DNA of 34,085 bases from Catajapyx aquilonaris (lineage: Eukaryota), in assembly GCA_000934665.2 (NCBI GenBank), contig KZ539086.1, forward strand, positions 1 through 34,085, written 5' to 3'. Position numbers and translations under genes: made by a program. Below, in pieces: positions 23,302-33,988 of this stretch; within the stretch, counting starts at the first letter, position 1, and the number at the start of each line of letters is the position of its first letter. The notes under the pieces were generated by a model. That model was not told the origin of the DNA, searched no databases, and saw only the letters and a program-made list of their open reading frames with translations.

Positions 23302-23445
23302 ATGACGCAGTACCTGCCCCCGAATCTTTTGGCTTTGTTCGCCCCTCGAGACCCCATACCGTTTCTGCCGCCAGTCACCAAGCTCCCACATGAGAAGAAA
23401 AACCGGGGATACAAGGGAGTGGGCGATTATTTGTCCCTGTTTGAG
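23302..23445 (+). CDS. SNRNP70: U1 small nuclear ribonucleoprotein 70 kDa, coding exon 1 ([48 protein letters not shown])
   Basis: Manual translation gives the hallmark U1-70K N-terminus [20 protein letters not shown]. The exon is 144 nt, phase 0, followed by donor GAG|GTGAGT at 23446. Confidence 0.98.
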
Positions 23446-25276
23446 GTGAGTGAGTGATGGAGATTTTACCAGTAGAAGAGTATACATTAATGGATTTATG
23501 AGGCAGCATGTAGCCTGTAATGCAGAGGGGAGCATGTGTTGACGGAACCTAGTCTCATAAACTTTGTAAATGCTTTCTTGCTCTATGTACCGCATTCTTA
23601 CCATTCTGCTCTTCCCTTCATCCCATGTCCAGAGTTGCCTGAGCTACTCCAACCAAGCAACCCAACTAGTGACACCCACATGTAGGTTGCCATTTGGCTT
23701 GTACAGCAACAGTACTGGTATGCATGCAAGTTGCACTACAGCGTAGTATGATATTTGTTCCTACAAATCTATGTTTGCTTCCCCTTACTAATAAAGGTGA
23801 GTAGTACGGGCAGTCGTAGTGTATGTACAATGCATTCGTATTCGAGCGTGAAGAACGGGTAGCCTTCCACACTTACTTGCAGAATGCAAGAATAAAATTG
23901 CGTTGCACTTATCTGGTTCTTAGCTTGCACCTGGGCTTAAAACCTATGTTTGTGGCGCATACATGCATGATTGATTTAAGAAAGCTGTTATTTGTGGTGT
24001 GTACATGCATGATTAATGTAAGATGGGGCTAAGCTTAGTAAAGTTGTTTGCTGTAGGTGCATTACTTGGGCGGTAACGCTGGCAATATTTTTATCGCATG
24101 CTCTAGGTCAGTTGATGATAACGCACCCAATTTGGATGCAGCCATTGAAACTGTTTCATTAGGATCATGTGAATCATAGGGTTTGCTACATTGACCCTGC
24201 CAAGTAGTGGGCCTTCAGCTTAGTATTGATGGTGTGTTCCAAGTGTTTGGGTCAAATGTTGCCAAAATTTGTTATTTTTGTGTAGCTCTTGCACTCTAAT
24301 GAAGGCTGCGACATTCAACCACATCTGGGAATAATGTGGCACCTGAATAGAGGCATATGAAGGTCGGAAAAAATAACAGCCCAGAGAGAAATTTGTGATA
24401 ACTGAAATTCCTCTGCGATCTAGCAAAAGGTTCATATTGTGCCTGTTTCTAGTATATCCAATGGTCCAGTTTAGACAGGTTTTGCTCTCTTTTTTTATGA
24501 ACGGAACTTCGGCTTGTAGCCAAACGTTTGAAAAATCCCATCACATCTGACCTAAGAAGTTCTACTGAATTAGAAACTGGCTTTGCTTACCATTCTTCGG
24601 AGATGCTGTAGTAAAATTGCCCATTGCAATTGCGTATTCTGATGTTTGGCTCAGTGTCAATGCAGCACAGAAACTGGCAAGAGATAAAGTGCTTAGAAAA
24701 TGTTTGCTCATTAAAACTAGCTAAGGATCTGTTCCACTTAATTGATTTGTCACTGCAGGGCAATAAATTTTACCGGAATTCATAGCTAGCGATATCAGGA
24801 GCACAGGTGTGCTTGTTATTTTCAATCTCTTCTGTGTTGCACCAACCAGGCTTTGAGATACGTGAATTTTCCATTTTTACAGAAATGGTGGATCTTGCAT
24901 ATTGTTCGCTAAACCGAACATTTAGTAAGATTAATGATTGGGCAAAATGGTTGCACAACGTGGCAATCCTTCAAGTAGGATATTACAATGGGCCAACATG
25001 ACTGCACACACCAAAATTTAATGACAGTTTTAGTGCACAATATGAGACTAAAAATAGGGCATAAGCTACCATTGCTGCAAAAATTGAAATTAAAATTTCA
25101 GCCCTTTCCAATCTTCTTCAGGATCAAAGTTTTAAAAGTTGTGTTGGCCGATATTAAAAGATGACTTTCATAACTTAGAAAAGAATGGTGAAATTGAGTC
25201 TCGCATTTGTTGATGTTAATAGCTATGATTTCCTCTCAACATTATTGTCTGCAGTGACAAAACTCATCACGTAACA

Positions 25277-25529
25277 CAGTGGTTTTCAACCGGGGGGGAT
25301 CGTGGGCAGGGTCGCGGGGGGTCGCAAGCCTTGGTTCAACTTTTTTTTGTAATTTCTGTGTCAATTGAACCATTTTTGTGGTCGTACATAGTGTATGTTT
25401 TCTGGAAAGGGGGCAGTTGTATCAGGGGCCGGGGAAAGAGAGGAGGGAGGGGGGGGGGGGGTCTCANGGTCTCACATTTATGGCAACATGTTTAGGGGGT
25501 CATAGTTGGTAAAAGGTTGGAAACCACTG
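25277..25529. mobile_element. hAT Charlie/Buster-like MITE in SNRNP70 intron 1
   Basis: TIR CAGTGGTTTTCAACC / GGTTGGAAACCACTG. 8-bp flanks ACGTAACA / GTGTAACA (6 of 8 match). Confidence 0.85.
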
Positions 25530-26778
25530 GTGTAACAGATTGGGACTCACATTCCAGACATGTCTTGCCCAAGTCACCTTCTTCTCCCCAGTTTTACTTG
25601 CCCTCTTCTTCTCCTCCAAATCACGCTTGTGACGCATCCTTCTTGCAGTCTCTTGCAGCTCATGCTCCTGCTCAAGTTTGTATTCCCTTAAAAAGTATGT
25701 TATTTAGATATTTGATGAAAACTAATTTTTAAATGAAAGGAATTGTAACTGAATGACTGGAAATGCTTTTGAAGCTTTTTTAGAGTCACGAAAGCCAGCC
25801 TTCTGTGGGGTGTAAGAAGGTGACCTGAGGTCTCAGTCCATTTGACAGGGATTCACATGCTTCAAGGGATGAGGAATAGTCAACTTAGGCCAGGGTGTGT
25901 CGCTGAAGGTATACCTTCAACCAAAGGTCTTTGTGTTTAATTGCTGGATACATGTTGATGACAAGGAGTAATTACGATTAGACTTGTGGCCCAAGGTATA
26001 CTTTCAGTGGTGCAACCCAAGTTCGGTGCTCACAGACCATTTACGTCTAAGCTCTTAATAGTACCAGTTCCGATAGATGGAAATCTCCTATTGTGTCCTT
26101 TTATCATTCATCTATAGTTNGGGGGGGGGACTGGTTTCCTTCCATTATGCATGATCATCCTTAATTGTGAATGTTCATTGGTAATTGCAAAAATTATCAT
26201 TGGGACATTTTCAATATTACTGTCACATGCTTAAAATTGAGGCATATGAGCAGTATAAAAAGGATGAGTGAAAATTTTTGCACATGCAATTAACTAAGAC
26301 TGCAAAAAGTTACACTCAAGGAGGTATCTTGTGTGATTGTGCAAAGGGTTATGAAATTCACCATCTATAATCACCATTCTTCTAGTGCTGAATTGATAGA
26401 GTCTGAATCTTGAAGTAAATTAAGTAGCGTATTCTACCATCACGCAATGGAACTCAGGGAACGACTGTAACTCATTGCTGCCAACTTGACGTTGCTGTGA
26501 TTTTCTAGATTTCTAACTTGAACTGTAAGGCCAACCTAACTACAAGTATTTCAAGACGTGCACAAAATTTTTAGTTTGTCTGGAGGAATGGAAACTCACA
26601 TGTTGCTCCCAAATGTAACAAAAGCTTGAATCAGGAGGTCCCCCTTTTTGCATAAGCATTTATCAAGTCTTGCCTTTTTATATAAACCTTTTACCAGTTG
26701 AAATGGCAAAGAGGGACATTTGGCACCAATATGCTGTGACATTTCTGGTGTTATTATTGTGTCTGTCTTTTTCTGCAG

Positions 26779-26896
26779 GATCCAAAGGACACCCCTCCTC
26801 CTACTCGAGTGGAAACCCGAGAAGAACGGTTAGAGCGCAAGCGAAGGGAAAAAGCAGAACAAGTGGCTTATAAATTGGAGCAGGAAATCGCACTCT
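26779..26896 (+). CDS. SNRNP70: SNRNP70 coding exon 2 ([39 protein letters not shown])
   Basis: Acceptor tttttctgcAG at 26778, donor GTAAGT at 26897. 118 nt, in frame with exon 1, with the conserved PPPTR.ETREER motif. Confidence 0.97.
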
Positions 26897-27092
26897 GTAA
26901 GTACAACCATGTCGAATTTTAAAATCTTCGGTGTACAAGGAAGCATTTTAAACACGAAGTGTGTTCAAGGGTTATCCTCACACTTATTATATAAATGCAA
27001 AATTAAGCGGATTGCGTTTTCCCTGGTTTTGAGCTGTGCACCTACAGGCTCAAAAACCATTTCAAAGCGCACACATGCATGAATTATGTCAT

Positions 27093-27243
27093 GGGTTGCA
27101 CCGGCTCTCGGAAAATTTGCCTGGGCGAAGAAGAGCCAGGATAGTTTGTTATTCATTGTTGGCAGCATTGTTGACAACAATGAATAACAAACTTTCCTGG
27201 CTCTTTTTCGACCGAATAAATTTTCCGGGAGCCAGTGCAACCC
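27093..27243. mobile_element. Palindromic MITE remnant (Harbinger-like right end) in SNRNP70 intron 2
   Basis: GGGTTGCACCGGCTCTCGGAAAATTT...AGTTTGTTATTCATTGTTG mirrored by CAACAATGAATAACAAACT...AAATTTTCCGGGAGCCAGTGCAACCC. Right side continues GGCC|TAA. Confidence 0.78.
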
Positions 27244-27819
27244 GGCCTAAGTATAATTTTGGTGGTTTTGAGTTATTTGCACCACTAAGAGGCATTTTTT
27301 GTGCTATATTACCTGGTGAAGTCCATATGATCATAAAGATTCATAATGAGCCAGCAAGCCAGAATTTTCTGCATTACGACCCCTTCCAGATTGCCCAACA
27401 TGATAACCGAGTCTCATGGTCCTTGTTATGCCATGCATTTGACAGAAGGTAGCTTGGAAATTATGCACAAGTCCAAACAACTCTGCATATTTCTGACCGT
27501 CATATCAAGTGCAGTTACTGTATGGGCTATCTGGAGTGGGTGGAGAACTGCCTTTTAGATAAAGATGGACAATATATAAGTAACTGAATTCCATTAGCTT
27601 AACATCCATCACAATCAACATAGCACTTGCGCCTGCATGTCTTCTCCTATCCCGCTATCCTCCCTTGCTCATGGTACCTGGGAATCATGACGAAGGACCA
27701 ACGAGCTTTTACATCTAAAATCAAATTAAGGTACCGTGCGATATGCCCAACACAGGCGATGGACTATCCCGATTGTTATATTACGATGTAAGTAACTTAA
27801 TTGTGACATTTATTTTCAG

Positions 27820-27884
27820 GGGATCCACACAGCTACCCAAATGCAACTGGAGATCCATTCAAGTCTTTGTTTGTCGCCAGAATT
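27820..27884 (+). CDS. SNRNP70: SNRNP70 coding exon 3 (WDPHSYPNATGDPFKSLFVARI; RNP2 of the RRM)
   Basis: Acceptor tattttcAG at 27819, donor GTGAGT at 27885. 65 nt; T+GG rebuilds the conserved Trp of WDP; GDPFKSLFVARI motif present. Confidence 0.97.
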
Positions 27885-28394
27885 GTGAGTGCTCAATTTT
27901 TCTAATACGCGATATGCAGAATATGGCTTACTTTTCGGGTGGGACTGGAGATTTTTTCCTTGAGGGTGTCCTGTCAAGTGCACCATGACATGGATGCACA
28001 TGGTTCATACTTGGGGTTTTTTTGTAGGTCACTTTAAAAACTGTTAGAAAAGGCACTTTTTGGAAGCGTCTGATGACTGTAAAGGTCTGGACTAGTCTAG
28101 TAGGGAAAAGTGGGTGACCTTTAGAAGGAAAGTATGGCATTGACCTTTTATGCAGTTTTTTTGGGTGTGGTTGTACCTTGGCTTATCTCACATGCTAGAT
28201 TTTACTGCTAAAGCTGATCAGTGTGTGGAAACTACCAGGGAAAAGAAACTATGCAAGCTTAGCAACTGAGCAGTTTAAAGTCAGTACCGTACTGCTCAGA
28301 ACTGCAACAGAGCCACATTTCATTTAGTCACTTGATGCCATTAGACAACATGTTAATGATGATTATGTAAAGGCCATTTGCTTCTTTTCTCCAG

Positions 28395-28457
28395 AATTAT
28401 GATTCGTCCGAGTCGAAGTTGAGGCGTGAGTTTGAAGGCTATGGACCTATAAAGAAG
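28395..28457 (+). CDS. SNRNP70: SNRNP70 coding exon 4 (NYDSSESKLRREFEGYGPIKK)
   Basis: Acceptor cttcttttctccAG, donor AAG|GTGAGT. 63 nt with the conserved ESKLRREFE.YGPIK. Confidence 0.97.
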
Positions 28458-28812
28458 GTGAGTGTAATTATAAAAAGCAGTGTCCAAACTACTGTGTTTT
28501 ACAAAACCTTCCCATTGCATTGTGGTATATCAGCTCATGCAGGGCTGTAACAAAGTTTTCCTTTTGAGAGATTTGATCCATCAAATCCCAAAAATATTTA
28601 TACTAGATGATATGGAAGCCCTATATCTCAGTGATTTCCTCCCTGTAAGCATAGGACATTTCCATTACACATGATACAAATTGATATATATTTTGAAGGC
28701 CTTGACTATAGAGGTTTGAACTTTTGGTTACAGGCCTGCATTACTGTTTTTTTTGTTTTTTTTGCTGATCATGCCTGGGCATCATAATGATTAATATATT
28801 ATTTTTTTCCAG

Positions 28813-28894
28813 ATTGTGCTGACCCATGACAAAAAGACAGGCAAGCCCAGGGGCTACGCTTTCATCGAGTATGAACATGAGCGAGACATGCACT
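28813..28894 (+). CDS. SNRNP70: SNRNP70 coding exon 5 ([30 protein letters not shown]1 RGYAFIEY)
   Basis: Acceptor ttttttccAG, donor GTGAGT at 28895. 82 nt, ends in phase 1 with a single T. Confidence 0.98.
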
Positions 28895-30816
28895 GTGAGT
28901 ATGCAGCTGAGGGGTATGCTTGTTACCAGGTGGTAGGGGAGGTGGGAGGGGGGCATATTTTTTACATTAATTTTCTTTAACCCNCCCCCCCCCCCCCTGT
29001 TTCCAACTACTCGACCCCCAGCAGCATAAAAATTAATAGTCAACAATCATTCTTGCCAGACTTGACATAACAGATTTGAAGAGAAAAAATGACAGAAAAA
29101 AAGGAACTGCCAGCCCCAACACAACTACGGTAAATTTCCACTGTTCCCGATGATTAATGCAGTTCTCTTGTTGTTCCCGGTGACAGCATGGCGAAGCTGC
29201 TGGCCACTTGTGTGTCCTTCTATTGTGTGCAATTCCCCAATCATAAGCCGCTACCTACCTACCTATAGGTTTGTATGTGTGGTAAGACCCAACATACAAA
29301 GAGCGAAAAGATTCGCGGGTTGGGTGGAGGTGGGGGGGCAAGTAATACTCAGGATCATAAGAAACTTGTTTGATAAAGTTGTTCAGTTGCCGGTGTTTTC
29401 TCAGAGCAGGTTTTGTTTTTAATACACAGTCTGTCCCTAATATTCTTGTCTGATAGTAAAATAAGATGAAAATAACATAACATTAAAAGGAACCAAGCCT
29501 GGCACACCAGAGCATTATACTGTGTGTTTTGTTAAGAAGCTTTCATCTATGTGGGTATAAATGTTGTACATGTCCTGCTGCCACCCTGAGAGGGAGATAG
29601 GGCAGGTAGAAAGGAAAGAAAGAGGGGAGGTTGCCAGGGTTGTGAAAGGAAGGTGCACATTTGTTTCTTCTGACCAGCTAAACTTTGGCCAACTCAGGAC
29701 TACCAATTTGACACAGGAGAGTCCACAACATTTTCAACTTGTAACATTAAGTATGAAACACATGCTGTAGGCAGGCATCTTGGTCCTTGCAACAATGGGA
29801 ATCTCATATGAGAGACATACTGATGGCTAAGGGTGAAGACACCTCTTATGTCAACCTTAGTATTTTACAGCACGCTGAGGATAGATAATGGTACCATCAG
29901 TCATATACTCTTGGGAGTTAATTTTGCAACAAAAGCAAAGGGGGTTACTCTTCGTTTTCATTTGGTTGTACCTTTTGCTCCATTAAGAGTGCTACTTTGT
30001 GAATACAGAGAGGGTGATAGGATTTTTGTTTAGTGTTCAGTTTACTCATGTTTGGAGAGATCTTTTTATTTACCTTACCTATCAGTATAATTTGCATGTG
30101 TTTCAGAGTGTCTTCTCAACGTTGAGATATTTTTATCAGTCAGAAGCATCCAGGTAAATGACACTGGACTAATTACCTCATTATGACCCACCCTTAACCC
30201 AATAGCAGATATGGCCTGTTATTTCTGGATCCAAGTAACATAGAACAGCTAGTCAATGAGTCACTCTTGATTGAGCTTGAATAGGAGAACCAGGTATCTT
30301 AGAGTCAATAGAACTTAGCTAAACAAGTTCATCACCATTCAGCACATAACCTTCCGGAGAATTTTTATAACTCCGCATGGTTAAATGAAGATGGCTCACC
30401 ATTGGAGTGAAACATTTACTTGAAACAGCAGAATTTAGGTTAAGGAGTATTATGTGAATCCTCCATCTTGAGGCTTTGTCTCTTAATTTGCATTGAAGTT
30501 TTTATGCTTCTCGTATTACAGTTAGATAGTTTTTAACGTTCAGACAGTGCATGGGCCCTCGATCAGTGACATAATTTTGTTATTAACAAGGAGGTTGATT
30601 TTAAGAGCGTTCTCTGTAGTATTTGCACACTGCTGATATTTTCTGTAGTTTTTGTTCTAAGGTGCTTTTTTTTTAAATGTAAATTTTACTATTGGATGAG
30701 AACTTACAGACTGTGTAATGAGTAATGGTTGGGGAGGAGGGGGAGAATTGGGAAAGGTGGAGTGATTTGTTTCTGGTGACAGCTTGATGTTAGTAGTGTT
30801 AATATGGAAATAATTG

Positions 30817-32064
30817 GTAAGAGATTTGTGGTAAGTGATACTTAAAAAGTATGAACTCTTTGTTTAGAAGCACAAATACTTGCTGTGAGCAGTTGAACTC
30901 AGCTAGTGATTGTAAGCTTGTGCGCAAGAGTTTGTACAGGAATGGTTAATTTGACGAATGCAACGTAAGTAACTGGGTGAAGTAGAAGCGAGAAAAGGAG
31001 AGGTTATTTGCTCCAGACTGGAAAGTATTATGAGATGGAAGCAAACGTCGGGGAACTTCATTCACTTCAAGCTACTTCCCCAATTTAAGAAAGTTCATGT
31101 ACAGGGTGAGCCAATAAGTTGTGACCAGATTGCAGTTTGTCATATTTCTCTGCTCAAGTAGCTGTAGACTTCATGCAGGCAATTTTCAAGTCTCATATTT
31201 TTCTTGACAATTGAAAATATGAAGATGTGTGGATTGCTTGTGTGGGGTTTTTTGGCAGCTATTTTTTTTGCATGAGAGAGCTGCAGCAATTGTGGTTGAG
31301 GGCTGTTGGTTTACCCTGTATTTTTATGGCCCCATTTGAAACATGTCCCCAAGTAAGTATGGCCAGTGGGTAGGTATCTCGTGTGTTTGCTGCTGTTTGA
31401 TATTTTATTTTTTAAATTTATGACCCGGATTATCCGGTAGCAAACATTTTATTTTTTCAGAAAAAAACTTAAAAATTTATGATACTCATAATTGGCAGGT
31501 GGAATCAAGGTCATGCATGAGAGTAAATTTTCTTTATTAGTTTTCTTTCTTTATGAATGTTGTGAAATTTTGACTGCCTGCCTGTAATGTAAGTACTGTT
31601 GATGAACTGGTAAGTGGCAGCGTGATTTTTTAAATAGATATTTTGTATGTGAGGGTTGGGGGGGTTACGGGAAAAATGTGGCTTTCGGTAAGTAGCTTGG
31701 AGAGTGATGGATGACCTCAAAACACAGAACACTGCTTGGAACGGCCCCCCATTTACCCTGGAAATTTCACCCATTGGGATCCATCTCACAAATTTGGCGG
31801 TTCTTTAGGGTGGGTATAGGAAAATAGATGCACATCTTCAGACAAATGGTAACTGGTAAAAGCAATGGAGTGGCAATGAAATTGGTAAACATTGGGTAGA
31901 TTTTTACATTTTAAAAATGGTATGCCAGATGGTTATGCAATAATGTAACGTTTGGGGGAGTTGGGGCATCATATTGCGTAACTATCTGCACATGGTAAGC
32001 TCAATGTTATTTCCAGGTAATGTAGGTTCCTTAAGTCATTAATTTTCAGAGGACCCACGTAAGT
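30817..32064 (+). promoter_or_regulatory. Cluster of cryptic 5' splice sites / U1 snRNP binding sites in SNRNP70 intron 28895-32323
   Basis: Exact GTAAGT at 30831, 30965, 31353, 31589, 31610, 31688 and 32059, plus GTAAGA 30817, GTAAGC 30912 and 31995, GTGAGC 31106, CAG|GTAATG 32017. Confidence 0.7.
31102..31318. mobile_element. Old, degenerate mariner-like MITE in SNRNP70 intron 5
   Basis: TA|CAGGGTGAGCCAA ... TTGGTTTACCCTG|TA (imperfect TIR). Confidence 0.5.
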
Positions 32065-32323
32065 ACCAGGAAATTGGGGCTTGGAAGAAGGTTACATCGA
32101 GTCACCACCATGGGGGGAAAAAATACATTTCCGTAGACGTGTTGATTTTCTTTCCAGTGAACGCCAAATTTTTGGCCAGAAAAAAATTGCAGTTACTTCT
32201 TTCCAGCCCTGCATTAGTCATGCATTCAATTACTAGTCAGTAATGCAATATTTGAATTGGTTGGGTGGGATTTTGGGGTGCCTTGTCACAGTGGGTTTTT
32301 AAATCCATTGCCTCTGTTTCCAG

Positions 32324-32425
32324 CCGCGTACAAGCATGCTGATGGGAAGAAGATAGATGGGAGGAGGGTCCTGGTGGATGTGGAGCGGGGGAGAACAGTG
32401 AAAGGATGGCTGCCCAGGCGTTTAG
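32324..32425 (+). CDS. SNRNP70: SNRNP70 coding exon 6 ([34 protein letters not shown])
   Basis: Acceptor ctctgtttccAG at 32323, donor TAG|GTGTGT. 102 nt, near-invariant U1-70K peptide (partly visible in ORF 32257..32490). Confidence 0.98.
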
Positions 32426-32723
32426 GTGTGTATCCACTAACATGTATCATTCTCATTTATTACTGCAACAATAAGAGTGGTAAGGTGTAACTTTCAGCTG
32501 ATAGGTGTAGTTTGTATTCAGTAAGGTTCATTGTAAAATGGTTGGGAAGGACCGGTTGGCTAACTAGACCGTTTCCCCGCGTGGCGTCGCTGGTGACAAC
32601 TATGCCGGCAACCCGCTGTATACTTGTTCTCTTCTCTGCCACTCTTCCACTACGCGCGGAACAGGTGCACTGATAAGATAAGGTCAATTACACTTGTACC
32701 TGCAACGGTACATGTGCCTTGCA

Positions 32724-33011
32724 ACCGAAGCAGGTTGGCATAGTGGATAAGGCGTCCGACTGCTAATCGGGAGGTCCTGGGTTCGAATCCCGGTGCCGGC
32801 AACTCTAACCGTGGTTTTCTGTGGTTTCCCACGGTTTCTCCAGGAGAATTCCGGAGTTGTTTCCTAATAAACAGGCCACAGCCGCCCCCTTCCTTTTCTA
32901 TCCTCTCCCAAAAAGCAATAAGTAAAAATGCAAGCAAAGAGTTCCAGACAAAACAAAAATTCCCCCCTAAAGAGCCTCCGGCTGATAACGGGGTATGAAT
33001 TAATTAATTAT
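32724..33011 (+). mobile_element. tRNA-derived SINE in SNRNP70 intron 6
   Basis: A-box TGGCATAGTGG (32736-32746), B-box GGTTCGAATCC (32780-32790), (AATT)n tail. Perfect 15-bp TSD TACATGTGCCTTGCA at 32709-32723 and 33012-33026. Confidence 0.93.
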
Positions 33012-33988
33012 TACATGTGCCTTGCACCTGTGCCTGCAAGGCGGCATTTGTGCTCTGCTGCACTAATCCACTAATTCTGCTGTAGAGACTCAAGAATTTG
33101 TGCCGGCCAGTCTACTTATTGATTGTGTAAATTTTGTTAATATATTTAGTTCTACTTGCATTTTTACTAGCATTTCTGGTGGTAATTATCTTCAATGGAA
33201 ATTGTCTCCTTCATAAATAAACTCATGATATTAAAAAATCAAATCATTTGTAAAGGAGTCACTTTCACACTAGCACAGCCTAAGTTTTATTGTAAAATAT
33301 TTTTTATTTCATTATATGAAAATATGACGAGCTTTTTTTTAGGATAAAACCTCCATCAGGCACTTTACATTGAATTTCATTTATTCGCCGAGCGTTGGAT
33401 TGTTCACCCACCGACATGTTGGGTGTCTTCTTTTCATGTCCGAGGTGTCGAGCGAATAAGCAATACAGAAGTTGTTTAAAATCTTGTATTTTTGGGATCT
33501 GTTTATTCTTTGAACCCTTTCTCCTCGTTAACCCTTACAATCATGAACAGTCGTTTTATAGCCTGTAATGATTATGGTCATCCATAAGTGTCACATGAAT
33601 ACCCTTCTTCACATGATGATAATGAGAGATTGTGGCACTTACAGCTTCAATGAGGAAAAAGTCCCTTGGCACATACGGCTTTCTTGTTTCGTCACATTTG
33701 GCCTTAAATTTTTATTATAAAGCAGTGGTGTATGTTCCCTATTATTGAATCTGGCCAAGTGCCTTGATTTTGTTACTTCTGTCACATCATGTTCATCAAG
33801 AAAGGAGAATGATGGATATGGACCAAAAAAAATTGCTTTTTCTCAGTTTCAAAAAATTTGGCACTTGCAGTCTTAATCATTTCCAGTCTTCATATGTGAA
33901 TGAGTCAATTGAAGACTGAATTATAACTAGTTGATAAGTGTCATCCTTATTTGACAGACATTAATGTTTCTCTCTTTTTCTTCAATAG

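Noticed and set aside
23179..23604. 141-aa minus-strand ORF
   Set aside because: Antisense shadow of SNRNP70 exon 1 and its GC-rich leader.
32730..32800. tRNA gene-like sequence (also at 460-533 and 1750-1825)
   Set aside because: Imperfect acceptor stems, long non-tRNA bodies, tails and TSDs indicate SINE heads rather than tRNA genes.
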